Positions 16,969 to 26,321 of a DNA stretch of 37,769 bases are shown piece by piece. This stretch comes from a virus (taxonomy: Duplodnaviria > Caudoviricetes): positions 1 through 37,769 of IMG/VR virus record IMGVR_UViG_3300005512_000112, one strand, 5' to 3'. A program made the position numbers and the translations under genes. The notes under the pieces were generated by a model, which saw nothing but the letters and a program-made list of their open reading frames with translations, was not told where the DNA came from and made no database searches. Each line of letters begins with the position of its first letter. Position 1 is the stretch's first letter.

Positions 16969-18519
16969 ATGCCAACAGTGCTTGATAATTTTGTAACGGT
17001 GATGGATACAGCCCGCCTGGCGTATCTGGAAAATTTAATACAGGCCGACAAAGCGCAGCAGCGGCAGGTGGTGGAGTATCGGGATTATTATGCCGGCAAC
17101 CACGAGACCGAGTTATCCGAGCGGTTGCGGGAGTTTCTGGGCGACGACGCCACGGTGAAATTCCGTTTTAATCAATGCCCCGTCGTCGTTGAGGCATTGG
17201 TCGACCGGCTCAGCCTGAGTGGGTTTGAGCCGCTGGGTGGTGATAATCCCGACGAGCAGCAAAACGGTTTGGTGGAGTTTGCGGCTCGGCTGTGGGAGGA
17301 TAACCGGCTGGACGGGGTGCAGGCCGAGCTGTACCGGCAGGCGGCCATTGACGGCGCGGCCTATCTGGTGGCCGATATTGACGAGGCAGGGCGGATTACG
17401 TTCCATCTGCACGATGCCTACACCGACACCCAGGCCGAGGGCGACGGCGAGGGCGTGAAGCTGCATCGCCCCAGCAAGCGGGGTGAGCCGACATTTGCCA
17501 GCAAACGCTGGAGCGTGCAGGCCGAGGGCGGCGACGTGACTCGCTATCTGGCGGTGTATTACCCGGATCGGATTGAGCGGTACGTGCAGCGGTCTGGCGA
17601 GAAACGGCGGTACAGCGAGGCGCTGTGGCTGCCGGATGTGGCCGAGGCTGGCCCACTGGCCGGCGTGTGGCCCGTTCCGTGGGTGGATGGCAACGGCGAA
17701 CCGCTGGGGCTGCCGGTGATTGAGTTCGTGAATGGGCGAGCCAGTGAGCTGCACGAGGTAATCCCGCTACAAAAGGCGCTCAATAAATCGTTTATCGACC
17801 TGATTGCCGCCGGAGATATGAGCGGGTTGGGCATTTTGTTTGCGGCCGGCTGGATACCGACCAGTGACGGGATGCCGATTACCACCAACAGTGACGGCGA
17901 TGTGACCAGCGCCAATGAGCCGTTGAGCCTGGAGCCGGGGGCTATGTTTTACACCACCAACCCAGACGGCAGCCTGACCAGAGTGCCGGGTGATGACCTG
18001 GACAAGCTGATCCGGCTGGTTGACCGGCACACGATGGCGATTGCCCAGGCCAGCCGCACCCCGATCACCAATTTCCAGCTATTTGGACAGATACCGGCGG
18101 CCAACACACAGCAACAGATGGAAACCGGGTTGCTGGCAAAAGCAGAAAGCCGTCAGCGGGATTATGGCAACGCCTGGGAGGATTTGGTCTATCTGGCCCT
18201 GCGCGTGGCGTTGGGAGCGCCAGTGTTTAGCGCCGGGCAGGTGGTGGGGTATGGCCTGCCGGAGTACGCCGAATACGCCCTGACAGACGGCGAGCGACTG
18301 GCGGCGATCTGGGCCGAGGCCGAGACCCGCAACGAAAAAGATCACCTTGAAACACTCAAAATCAAACAGGAATTGGGTGTGCCGGATGAGCAAATTTATC
18401 TGGAAATGGGATACGACAGCCGGCAGGCGCAGCGGTTTGCTCAGGAACGGGCGGCACAGCGCATCGCCGGGCTGGCTGCTCAGTTGGAGGTGCCCGGTGG
18501 GGGTGAGCCGACCGACTGA
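16969..18519 (+). CDS. Portal protein (SPP1 Gp6-like)
   Basis: DYYAGNH, NQCPVVVEALVDRL, IDGAAYL, LGLPVIEFVN, SELHEVIPLQKALNK; follows TerL. Confidence 0.9.
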   Translation: MPTVLDNFVTVMDTARLAYLENLIQADKAQQRQVVEYRDYYAGNHETELSERLREFLGDDATVKFRFNQCPVVVEALVDRLSLSGFEPLGGDNPDEQQNGLVEFAARLWEDNRLDGVQAELYRQAAIDGAAYLVADIDEAGRITFHLHDAYTDTQAEGDGEGVKLHRPSKRGEPTFASKRWSVQAEGGDVTRYLAVYYPDRIERYVQRSGEKRRYSEALWLPDVAEAGPLAGVWPVPWVDGNGEPLGLPVIEFVNGRASELHEVIPLQKALNKSFIDLIAAGDMSGLGILFAAGWIPTSDGMPITTNSDGDVTSANEPLSLEPGAMFYTTNPDGSLTRVPGDDLDKLIRLVDRHTMAIAQASRTPITNFQLFGQIPAANTQQQMETGLLAKAESRQRDYGNAWEDLVYLALRVALGAPVFSAGQVVGYGLPEYAEYALTDGERLAAIWAEAETRNEKDHLETLKIKQELGVPDEQIYLEMGYDSRQAQRFAQERAAQRIAGLAAQLEVPGGGEPTD

Positions 18520-18709
18520 GGCCACGGCGTTGGCCCGGATAATGATGGCCGAAAATCTGCGTCGGCAGGCCAATGACTATGACCGGCTGATGTTGATTTT
18601 GAATGTCAGCGGGTGGCGGCAGGGCGAGCTGGCGAGCGTGGTCGGAGTGACATCGCAGGCTGTGCAGTGGACTGTTAATGAAAGTAGACGGAGATTGGAG
18701 ACATTATGA
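18497..18709 (+). CDS. Sigma70 region-4-like HTH protein
   Basis: LMLILNVSGWRQGELASVVGVTSQAVQWTVNESRRRL; GGAGG RBS before GTG 18497. Confidence 0.65.
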   Translation: MGVSRPTEATALARIMMAENLRRQANDYDRLMLILNVSGWRQGELASVVGVTSQAVQWTVNESRRRLETL

Positions 18710-18945
18710 GTGCAGGCGAAACAAAAGAGCTGATCATCCACAAATTGACGATGATTTTATTCGCAATCCTTGATTTGTTTGGGCAAAAGAAATTTCTGGT
18801 AGCCCTGAGCGCCGGGATTGCAGCCTATCGGGAAACCGGCAACGTGTGGGCCGGGCTGGCCCCGGTAGTGGCTTACATCATCGCCCAGGGTGTGGCCGAT
18901 ATGGGCAAGGAACGGGTCAAGGCTGAGGCGGCGTACCGTGGCTGA
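18706..18945 (+). CDS. Holin-like small membrane protein
   Basis: QKKFLVAL...VVAYIIAQGVADMGK pattern of small phage holins. Confidence 0.6.
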   Translation: MSAGETKELIIHKLTMILFAILDLFGQKKFLVALSAGIAAYRETGNVWAGLAPVVAYIIAQGVADMGKERVKAEAAYRG

Positions 18946-19117
18946 GAAAATCAGTCCGAAACCGGGCGACAAACGTCTGAGTGAGGCTGAACTGTTGGCC
19001 GGTGGCGAGGTAACCAGTGGCGATGTGGGCCGGGCGCTGGCTAAGTGGCGGCGCAGAGTGCTGAATTTTGAGGCGCGGTTAAAGCAGGCCGCGGACGAGG
19101 TGGACAATGCCGACTGA
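18938..19117 (+). CDS. Small hypothetical protein
   Basis: GAGG RBS; GTG start; overlaps both neighbours. Confidence 0.5.
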   Translation: MAEKISPKPGDKRLSEAELLAGGEVTSGDVGRALAKWRRRVLNFEARLKQAADEVDNAD

Positions 19118-19688
19118 GGCGCAACTGGGGCTGATGCAGGAATGGCAGGAGATCAGTAAGCAAAATTTCGAGCGGTACGCCGACCACTGGTCGGCGGGCA
19201 ATGTGGCCCTGGCTGATTTTGAGCGGCTGTTTCAGCAGGAGTTGAAAGATTTGTACATTGCCGGGGTGTGGACGGCTAACGGCAGCACGGAGACCAGTCA
19301 GGCCGATTACGGTCGGGCCGGGCGACGGCTGCGGGACCAGTACAAATTTATGCACGAGTTTTTTGGCGAGATTGAGGCCGGGGATCTGAGCCTGGCCGAG
19401 ATTAAAGCCCGGATGAATCTGTACGCGTCATCGAGTACGCAGATGATGGAAGAGGTAGCCGGGGCGAAAGCGGGATTGCCGTTACTGCCGGCCTACCCGG
19501 CAGACGGGACCACTCAGTGTCGGACCAACTGCAAATGCAGCCTGCGCACTGATGAGGTGACCGGCGGATTTGATGTGTACTGGGTATTGCATCCGGCAGA
19601 GCATTGCCCGGATTGCACCCGGCGAGCGGCCAATAGCCCGCTAAAAATACGGGCCGGGAAAATTATCAACAGAACGGTGTGGACGTGA
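19107..19688 (+). CDS. Minor head morphogenesis protein (MuF/Gp7-like)
   Basis: Between portal and scaffold; CRTNCKC and HCPDC Cys motifs. Confidence 0.65.
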   Translation: MPTEAQLGLMQEWQEISKQNFERYADHWSAGNVALADFERLFQQELKDLYIAGVWTANGSTETSQADYGRAGRRLRDQYKFMHEFFGEIEAGDLSLAEIKARMNLYASSSTQMMEEVAGAKAGLPLLPAYPADGTTQCRTNCKCSLRTDEVTGGFDVYWVLHPAEHCPDCTRRAANSPLKIRAGKIINRTVWT

Positions 19689-19751
19689 TTTATGATTTTG
19701 GATTTGCGATTTACGGAGTGGCTCGTGAATCGCAAATCGTACATCGTAAAT
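19687..19751. repeat. Inverted array of heptamer repeats forming a hairpin
   Basis: GATTTAT GATTTTG GATTTGC GATTTAC followed by CGTGAAT CGCAAAT CGTACAT CGTAAAT. Confidence 0.8.
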
Positions 19752-19799
19752 AATTTAACACCCTGACCGGCAGGGGTAAGCGCCGGGAAGAGAATCAAA

Positions 19800-20402
19800 A
19801 TGAGTGACGAAGGAACTGCAAAGAACCAAGTTGAAGAACCAACCCAGACCGGCGAGGGGCAAGCGCCGGGGAGTAATGGTAGTGGAGCAGAATTTTCACA
19901 GGACGACCTGAATCGGGTGGCCGGGAAGGCGCGCAAGGAAGCGCTGGCCCGTTTTGCCAAAGAGCAGGGGTTGGCTGATGTAGCCGACCTGGAGGCGCTC
20001 ATTGCGCAGAAGCGGCAGGCTGAGGAGCAGGCCAAGACCGAACTTGACCGGGCGCAGGAACAGGCGACCGCAGCTCAGCAGCGGATGCAGGCGATGGAAC
20101 AGCAGATGCGCAGCAATTTACTGCGGGCTGAGTTCCGGGTGCAGGCCGCGGCGCAGGTAGCTGATGTTGACCTGGCGTATCTGGCGGCCAGAGAGGCCGG
20201 GTATCTGGATGATGACCTGGTGAACCTGGAAACCGGAACTGTGACCGGAGTGGACGCGATTGTGGAAAAACTACTCGTCGAGAAACCTATTTTAAAAAAA
20301 CAGACGCCGGCGCGGGCTGCCGGAACGGGTGGAGCCGAGTCTGGCAATGGCTCCGGGGCGGGCGTCAGTGCGAATAGTATACGAGCCAGATTTGGCATCT
20401 AA
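19800..20402 (+). CDS. Capsid scaffolding protein
   Basis: FSQDDLNRV, coiled coil, LLVEKPIL, Gly-rich C-terminus; upstream of capsid genes. Confidence 0.85.
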   Translation: MSDEGTAKNQVEEPTQTGEGQAPGSNGSGAEFSQDDLNRVAGKARKEALARFAKEQGLADVADLEALIAQKRQAEEQAKTELDRAQEQATAAQQRMQAMEQQMRSNLLRAEFRVQAAAQVADVDLAYLAAREAGYLDDDLVNLETGTVTGVDAIVEKLLVEKPILKKQTPARAAGTGGAESGNGSGAGVSANSIRARFGI

Positions 20403-20415
20403 GGAGATTTAAGTA

Positions 20416-20829
20416 ATGACAGATATTACAGTAACTGCGGCTGATGTGCGCCCGCTGCCGGGAGCAACAGTCGAGCGATTTGAAGCCGGTGGGGCGCTGG
20501 CCGTGGGCGACACGGTTTATATGGCCTCGGATGGCGATGTGGAAGAGGCTGACGGCAGCGCCGCCGGCACTGCTTACGCTATTGGTGTGGTAGTCAGCGT
20601 GATCAACGGCGCCACCAGCGGGGCGACAACTGCGGCCGCAGGTGACACCGTTGAGGTTGCGACCTGGGGGCCGGTGACCGGTCTGTCTGGAATGACCCCC
20701 GGCGACGTTTTGTATCAATCCGACACTGCGGGCGCGCTCGGCGATGCCGCCGGCAGCACCAGTCATAAAGTAGCGCGGGCACGCAGTGCAACTGTGGCAT
20801 TTATCAACCCGCCGATGACGGAGGCGTAA
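20416..20829 (+). CDS. Head decoration/cement protein
   Basis: Small A/G/T-rich beta protein (AGGALAVGDTVY...GMTPGDVLYQSDTAGAL) before the MCP. Confidence 0.75.
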   Translation: MTDITVTAADVRPLPGATVERFEAGGALAVGDTVYMASDGDVEEADGSAAGTAYAIGVVVSVINGATSGATTAAAGDTVEVATWGPVTGLSGMTPGDVLYQSDTAGALGDAAGSTSHKVARARSATVAFINPPMTEA

Positions 20830-20833
20830 ACCA

Positions 20834-21931
20834 ATGGCAACCCTATCTTTTGCAGACCTTAAAAACACTGCCCTACCCAGCTTATGGGACGGCGGAGAGA
20901 TGACCAAAGTGCAGTTGGCCGACGGCACCACGATGGATCAGATTATCCGTGATGTACAGGCCGGGCTAAATATGATCAATCAGGATATGCTGACCTTGCC
21001 TCATTACGGCGGCCTGGTGGCGGTGCAGGACGATGCCGCAGTAGAGTACCCAATCGGCGTGAGCAACGGGGTGCAGGTGGCCGGCGAGTACAGCACCCCG
21101 AATCCGCAGCGCGGCGCGACCAGTGGCCATATGTTGCCGCTGGTACCTTACGAGCGGGCGGCTGGCTGGACAATGATGTATCTGCGCAAGGCGCGAATGA
21201 AACGCGTCGACGCCGACGTGCGGAGCATTATCACTGATGTGCGCTCTCACTGGCAAAAAGCCCTGTTGACCCGTTTCTTTAAGATGGCCGGGGAAACCGT
21301 GGGGACGACCAGCAACGCCAGTGTGCCGTTTGCCGATGGCGGCAGCACCGACAGCGCCTATGTCCCGCCCCAATCGCCGGACGGCGAAGATTTCACCAGC
21401 GCCCACGACCATTTTCTGCGACAGGCCGCCCTGAATGACACCAATGTTTCTGCGGCCATCGAAACTTTGCAGGAACACGGGCATCAAGGCCCGTTTGACA
21501 TCATTGGCAGCCGGGCCGATGCCGCCACCTGGACGGGTCTGACTGGTTTCAAGAACCCGGAATGGCCGGGGATTGTGTACCACGCCAGCGCGGTAGAGCG
21601 CGCCGACGTGAACGAAATCACCAACTACTTCGGATATGTTGAAACTGATTACGGCATCGCCCGCGTATGGCTGACCCCGCGGGTGCCAACGAATTACTAC
21701 GGCGTCCATTGTTCTTATGGCCCCGGCGACCCGCGCAACGCGTTACGGGTACGTATTGACCCCAACCTTGGCTTTGGCTGGCGGTTGGTGCCGGGCGACT
21801 GGGTTAACGCGCCGCAATTGATGGCCGTGGCTTACAACGAATTTGGCGTGGGTGTGGGCGAAGATCGCACCAATGGCGTCTGTGTGTACGTGGCCGCCAT
21901 TGGCGATTACGTAACCCCGACTATCAGCTAG
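20834..21931 (+). CDS. Major capsid protein
   Basis: 365 aa; GGAGG RBS; position after scaffold and decoration genes; hairpin downstream. Confidence 0.8.
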   Translation: MATLSFADLKNTALPSLWDGGEMTKVQLADGTTMDQIIRDVQAGLNMINQDMLTLPHYGGLVAVQDDAAVEYPIGVSNGVQVAGEYSTPNPQRGATSGHMLPLVPYERAAGWTMMYLRKARMKRVDADVRSIITDVRSHWQKALLTRFFKMAGETVGTTSNASVPFADGGSTDSAYVPPQSPDGEDFTSAHDHFLRQAALNDTNVSAAIETLQEHGHQGPFDIIGSRADAATWTGLTGFKNPEWPGIVYHASAVERADVNEITNYFGYVETDYGIARVWLTPRVPTNYYGVHCSYGPGDPRNALRVRIDPNLGFGWRLVPGDWVNAPQLMAVAYNEFGVGVGEDRTNGVCVYVAAIGDYVTPTIS

Positions 21932-21943
21932 TGACAACAAGCG

Positions 21944-21969
21944 TGACGGCGGCCGCGAGGCCGTCGTCA
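21944..21969 (+). other. GNRA-tetraloop hairpin after the MCP (mRNA stabiliser or terminator)
   Basis: TGACGGCGGCC-GCGA-GGCCGTCGTCA; a similar CAGGGCGGTCA-GTGA-TGGCCGCCCTG hairpin lies near 22539-22564. Confidence 0.6.
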
Positions 21970-21983
21970 GGGAGACAACAACG

Positions 21984-22517
21984 ATGACACGACCAATGAA
22001 GCAACTACTGGCAGTTGGCTTGCTGGTGATGGTGCTGCTGCTTGTCGCCGCCACTCCGTTTGCCCAGTTTGGGCAGTTTGGCAGCGTGTTTGTGCAGCAC
22101 GATTTACGAGTGGACGGCACCAGCGATCTGAATGGCTCGCTCGATGTGGCCGGTAGTCTGACCGTGGCTGACAACGTGGCCGCCGACAACGTGACTGTCG
22201 CCACCGATCTGACTGTCGATGATACGTTTAATATCGACGACAGCGCGATCGCGATTAGCGGGACGCAGACCATCACACCGACAGCATCGGTGCTGCTGGT
22301 TTCGCCCAGCGTGGCTAGTACGATTACGCTGGCAACCGGCTCGGCGACCGCCGGCGATTTACTGCTGGTGCTCAACACTGTGACGACCAACACCAACATT
22401 GTCGACACCGGCGCAACGGCGGGCGGAAGCTCGATTGATCTGGGCGCTAACGACAACGCCCTGTTTATTTATCTCAACAGCAAGTGGGTTGAGATTGCAT
22501 CACCCGACAACAGCTAA
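21984..22517 (+). CDS. Beta-rich protein with signal-peptide-like N-terminus (head fibre-like)
   Basis: MKQLLAVGLLVMVLLLVAATPFA-QFGQFGSVFVQHDLRVDG then short beta repeats. Confidence 0.7.
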   Translation: MTRPMKQLLAVGLLVMVLLLVAATPFAQFGQFGSVFVQHDLRVDGTSDLNGSLDVAGSLTVADNVAADNVTVATDLTVDDTFNIDDSAIAISGTQTITPTASVLLVSPSVASTITLATGSATAGDLLLVLNTVTTNTNIVDTGATAGGSSIDLGANDNALFIYLNSKWVEIASPDNS

Positions 22518-22898
22518 ACAGCTAACGATTGACAAGGGCAGGGCGGTCAGTGATGGCCGCCCTGGGAGGACACGATGAAACAGACAAGCGCGGGGCTACC
22601 GAATACGTGCAGCCGGTGCGGGCAACCCGCCGGCGAGCAGTGGTGGGCCGAGAACGACGAGCAGGCCCAGGCCGGGCAGGGCGTGTGTGATACCTGTCAC
22701 CAGCCGCCAAAAAAAGCGGCACCGAAGCCGAAGCGAAAAACCACCACCCGGAGACAAACCAGTGAAAAATAGATATGCGTTATTTGCAACAATACTGATT
22801 TTGGCGGCGTGGGTAATTGCAGCCTCGCCGGGGGCGCAGTTTGGGCAGTTTGGCAGCGTGTTTGTGCAGCACGATTTACGAGTGGACGGCGCCAGCGA
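22065..22898 (+). repeat. Direct repeat: 22065-22118 identical to 22837-22890 (54 bp; 61/62 when extended)
   Basis: CAGTTTGGGCAGTTTGGCAGCGTGTTTGTGCAGCACGATTTACGAGTGGACGGC occurs in both genes. Confidence 0.95.
22575..22772 (+). CDS. Small Zn-ribbon protein with Lys/Arg-rich tail
   Basis: GGAGGA RBS; CSRC...CDTC; PPKKAAPKPKRK. Confidence 0.65.
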   Translation: MKQTSAGLPNTCSRCGQPAGEQWWAENDEQAQAGQGVCDTCHQPPKKAAPKPKRKTTTRRQTSEK

Positions 22899-23559
22899 CT
22901 TTAACAGCGCGGTCGAGATAGACGGCGTGGCGAAAATTGGCGATGTGGCCGGCGGTAACTACACCCAGATTGGCAGCGACGGTACGCTGACGCTGGTGGG
23001 TGAGGCTACGGTATTTGATGACATCCGGGTGCCGGTTTCCAGCACGCGGGCCGGCGGCACGAAGGACCCGGATTTTGCCGTGTGGAAAACGGACGGCAGC
23101 AGCCAGGGCGTGTTTGTACAGTGGTTTGATAAGGCGGCGGAGGAGGAGTTGTATTTTTCGATGCAGCTACCCCACAGTTGGAAAACCGGCACCGACATTG
23201 AGCCGCACGTCCATTGGATACCGAAAGCGGACGGATCCGCCGGGGCGGTGGTCAACTGGGGGCTGGAGTGTAACTGGACGGCCATTGGCAGTACCGGGAT
23301 CACCACCACGATTATTTATAGCAGCACCAACCACGCCGGCGATACCACACTGGTGGCTGATAAGCATTATCTCTCTGATTTGGGGATGATGGACGGCAGC
23401 GCCATTACCGGGGTGTCGTCGATGGCTGTTTGCCGGGTGTTCCGGGATGCAACCGGCGCGCTGGCAACGGACGATTATGATAATGATGCCGGTTTGCTGG
23501 AGATTGATTTTCATTACGAGATTGATGCCATCGGCAGCGGCACGGAGTACGAAAAATGA
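22762..23559 (+). CDS. Second signal-peptide-like protein with globular beta C-terminal domain (head fibre/adhesin-like)
   Basis: GTG start with GGAG RBS; KNRYALFATILILAAWVIAASPGA-QFGQFGSVFVQHDLRVDG; QLPHSWKTGTDIEPHVHW domain. Confidence 0.7.
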   Translation: MKNRYALFATILILAAWVIAASPGAQFGQFGSVFVQHDLRVDGASDFNSAVEIDGVAKIGDVAGGNYTQIGSDGTLTLVGEATVFDDIRVPVSSTRAGGTKDPDFAVWKTDGSSQGVFVQWFDKAAEEELYFSMQLPHSWKTGTDIEPHVHWIPKADGSAGAVVNWGLECNWTAIGSTGITTTIIYSSTNHAGDTTLVADKHYLSDLGMMDGSAITGVSSMAVCRVFRDATGALATDDYDNDAGLLEIDFHYEIDAIGSGTEYEK

Positions 23560-24002
23560 GCTTTACTTATGATTTGAGCGCAACCGGGGATAGCCTGATT
23601 GTCAGCAGAATCAGGCTGGAGATCGGCGACACCGACAGCGGCACCGATGCCGGGGTGAAGCCGGACGGCAACAATTTTACCGATGATGAGCTGCTGTATT
23701 TTTACGGTGAAGAGCTGGGGGTTGGGGCCGCATCGGCGCGGGCCTGCGAGGTACTGGCCCGGATGTGGGCCGGGGCCGGAGGTGTGGCGCGGGTGCGGGA
23801 GTACCAGATTGACACCCGGCAAAAGAGCGCGGATTACGCCAAAATGGCCGCCGATCTGCGCAGCCGGAGTGGCGGGCGATTTGTAAGCGGCAGCGCGCCG
23901 ACCACGCGGGTGGATGGCTACAGCAGCACCGTCAACAGCCGGGAACAGAGCGCTGATAACGGCGAGTATGGCGGTAAAATCATCCACACGAGGGTGCGCT
24001 GA
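23556..24002 (+). CDS. Head-tail adaptor
   Basis: MSFTY...RIRLEIGDTD...FTDDEL pattern and position. Confidence 0.75.
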   Translation: MSFTYDLSATGDSLIVSRIRLEIGDTDSGTDAGVKPDGNNFTDDELLYFYGEELGVGAASARACEVLARMWAGAGGVARVREYQIDTRQKSADYAKMAADLRSRSGGRFVSGSAPTTRVDGYSSTVNSREQSADNGEYGGKIIHTRVR

Positions 24003-24436
24003 TGCAGGGGGCAGTATGGCGGCGAGCCTTGAAAGATGCCTTCGGGCAGCTAATGAGGATGGCTGACCGGCCCGTACTGTACGCCATTCCGTGGCAGGAG
24101 CCAGCCGGGGCCAGCTACGAGGCTGATGTGGATGCCTGGTTGAGCGACGCGGACGGCAGTGTGGTGACGGTGGAGCCGTCCAGCCTGGACTATTACGCCA
24201 TTCCGGCGATGTGGGGGGCGGATGCTGATCTATTTACGCTGGCAATGGGCGGGCTGAGTACGGCGGGCAGGATGAATATGGTGGCCCTGGCCCAGTACCA
24301 GCCGCAGTTAAACGGAGCAATGATGGTGGTGGCCGGTAGTTTGGATGGAGACCAGTACACCCTGGGCCAGTTGGAAAACGCCCCGGATGGTATGGCGGTG
24401 TTTGTGACAGCCGGGATGACCCGACGGGAGGCGTGA
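24002..24436 (+). CDS. Putative head closure/stopper
   Basis: Position and size; TGATG coupling. Confidence 0.55.
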   Translation: MQGAVWRRALKDAFGQLMRMADRPVLYAIPWQEPAGASYEADVDAWLSDADGSVVTVEPSSLDYYAIPAMWGADADLFTLAMGGLSTAGRMNMVALAQYQPQLNGAMMVVAGSLDGDQYTLGQLENAPDGMAVFVTAGMTRREA

Positions 24437-24633
24437 CGATGGATAGGCGAAGGAGCGCGGTCAATTGCCCCCATTGCGGGCAGCGGATTGAGATTGTGAG
24501 CACCAGTTTTAAATTGATACGCTACACCTGCCCGACTTGCGAGCAGTGCTACACCCTGGAGTTGGCGACACCGGGCTGGAAAGCGGTACCGGTGGAGAAA
24601 CCGAAACCGCTGCGGGTCGCGAGGTCGGCGTGA
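24433..24633 (+). CDS. Small Zn-ribbon protein
   Basis: CPHC...CPTC; GTGA coupling on both sides. Confidence 0.65.
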   Translation: MTMDRRRSAVNCPHCGQRIEIVSTSFKLIRYTCPTCEQCYTLELATPGWKAVPVEKPKPLRVARSA

Positions 24634-25103
24634 AGATTGAACATAACATTCAGCGGGTGCGAAAGTCTGTGGCCGACGAGCAGGGGCGGTATGTGATTCG
24701 CACAAAGGTGGCGGCGAAGCGACTGGGGCGGATGATGCGGGATAACATCCGGGATAATGTGCGCCCCAAAATAGCGGGTGGTGTATTTCCGGGGTACGCA
24801 ATGACCGGACGACTGCGGCGCAGCGTGATGGCCGGCGAGTCGGTCAAAAAAGGCAAACGCTGGGTGGCGACGGTGCAGGTGCAACAGCGAGGCGTGGTGA
24901 AGAAATATGCGCTCATCCACGAAAAGGGCGGCGTGATCCAGGCCAAAAACAAACCGTTTCTGGTGTTTAGAACGCGCATCGGTAAGGAATGGCAGTGGGT
25001 GCGGGTTAAGCAGGTGCGGATTACAGCCAAACATTATTTCCGGGACGGGGTGCAAAAAACCCGGCGGGAGGCGACGCTCAGTAAATTACAGCGAATGTGG
25101 TAA
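24630..25103 (+). CDS. Neck/tail-completion protein (HK97 gp10 / Mu gpG-like)
   Basis: Basic; TGRLRRSV, YALIHEKGG, KNKPFLVF, ITAKHYFRDG. Confidence 0.75.
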   Translation: MKIEHNIQRVRKSVADEQGRYVIRTKVAAKRLGRMMRDNIRDNVRPKIAGGVFPGYAMTGRLRRSVMAGESVKKGKRWVATVQVQQRGVVKKYALIHEKGGVIQAKNKPFLVFRTRIGKEWQWVRVKQVRITAKHYFRDGVQKTRREATLSKLQRMW

Positions 25104-25178
25104 GGGAGCAGGCGCAAGCGGCCAACTGTTGGCCGTTGGGGTTTGGTTCTTTGCAGATCAAATTGAATAGGAGTTTTT

Positions 25179-25598
25179 ATGGCAACATTGCGTGAAATTG
25201 TAGACGCACTGGGTGCGTACATCGAAACGGATGACGGCCTGAGCGTGACCTGCGTGAAAGGCTACCCGGATTTCCGGCAGTTGAACCTGTCGCCGCCGAT
25301 GGCCGCGCTGTTTTATGGCGGATCGGCGAGCGCGGGCGAGGTGCCGGGAGCAGTGGGCCGCAGTCGCAAGGCGCTGGCCCTGAGCCTGGCCGTGTACGCC
25401 AGCAATGAGGTCAACCTGTTTGCGCTTATGCAAAAATTGCACGAGCTACGGGCGCGGCGGGTAACGCTGACCGCCGGCGACGACAGCCAGCCGGTGCAGT
25501 TGTACGTGGGCCAGGATGAACGGCAGATACCAGACCCGGACGACCCGAAAGAATTGCGGCATTGGGTAATTTGCCCGGTGGTGTTGGCCTATGGATAA
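25179..25598 (+). CDS. Putative tail terminator
   Basis: 139 aa; AGGAG RBS; position before the tail tube gene. Confidence 0.6.
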   Translation: MATLREIVDALGAYIETDDGLSVTCVKGYPDFRQLNLSPPMAALFYGGSASAGEVPGAVGRSRKALALSLAVYASNEVNLFALMQKLHELRARRVTLTAGDDSQPVQLYVGQDERQIPDPDDPKELRHWVICPVVLAYG

Positions 25599-26310
25599 GC
25601 GGGCGGCGCACATTGTACTGGTGACGCACGGCGAGCGGTTGCACTATCTGGAGCAGACCATCCCGGCGCTGCTACGGACGGAGTACCCGCACACCATTAC
25701 CGTGATAGCCAACGAGCCGGGCGACGCAGAGACTGAATACCTGTTGACCTGCCAGGGGCTGGCCGAGGTGACGTTCAACTTTGTCAACGTGGGCTTTGCG
25801 AAGGCGGCCAATCAGGGCTGGCAACGGCGACCGGCGGACACGGAGTACGTGGTGACAACCGCCGACGACCTGCTGCCACTGAACCCAGATTGGCTGGGCT
25901 TGCTGGTGGAGATGGTAGAACGATGCCACAAAATTGGCATTGCCGGGCACAGCGTGGAGCCGACTATCTGGCCGACGCACATCTGCGGCGGGGTGCAGTT
26001 CCAGAAGCAACCCAGCAACCTGGGCGGGGTGACGCTCATCCCCAAGCGCACTGAGTTGCTATGCGGACGGTACAACGAGGAGTTGCCGGTGTACGGTGAA
26101 GAGGACGCGCTGTACGGCTGGAAGGTGCGGCAGGCCGGACTGATCTGCGCCTACTGGCACGGCGACCACACCCGGCGCTTCAGGCATCTGGGCGCGACAG
26201 ATAGCGCGCAGTACAGTCAATGGAAAAACGACCAACGGTATCAGTGGGCCATTCCGGCACGGGATGCGCTCATTAAAGAATACGAGGCTGGACGGCCTCT
26301 CAATAGCTAA
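25591..26310 (+). CDS. Glycosyltransferase family 2 (GT-A)
   Basis: IVLVTH, NVGFAKAANQG, TADD, GRYNEELPVYGEEDALYGWKVRQAG. Confidence 0.88.
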   Translation: MDKRAAHIVLVTHGERLHYLEQTIPALLRTEYPHTITVIANEPGDAETEYLLTCQGLAEVTFNFVNVGFAKAANQGWQRRPADTEYVVTTADDLLPLNPDWLGLLVEMVERCHKIGIAGHSVEPTIWPTHICGGVQFQKQPSNLGGVTLIPKRTELLCGRYNEELPVYGEEDALYGWKVRQAGLICAYWHGDHTRRFRHLGATDSAQYSQWKNDQRYQWAIPARDALIKEYEAGRPLNS

Positions 26311-26321
26311 GGAGATAAAAA

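Noticed and set aside
22065-22898. DGR template/variable repeat pair
   Set aside because: No reverse transcriptase; copies are essentially identical and lie near gene 5' ends rather than in a C-terminal variable region.
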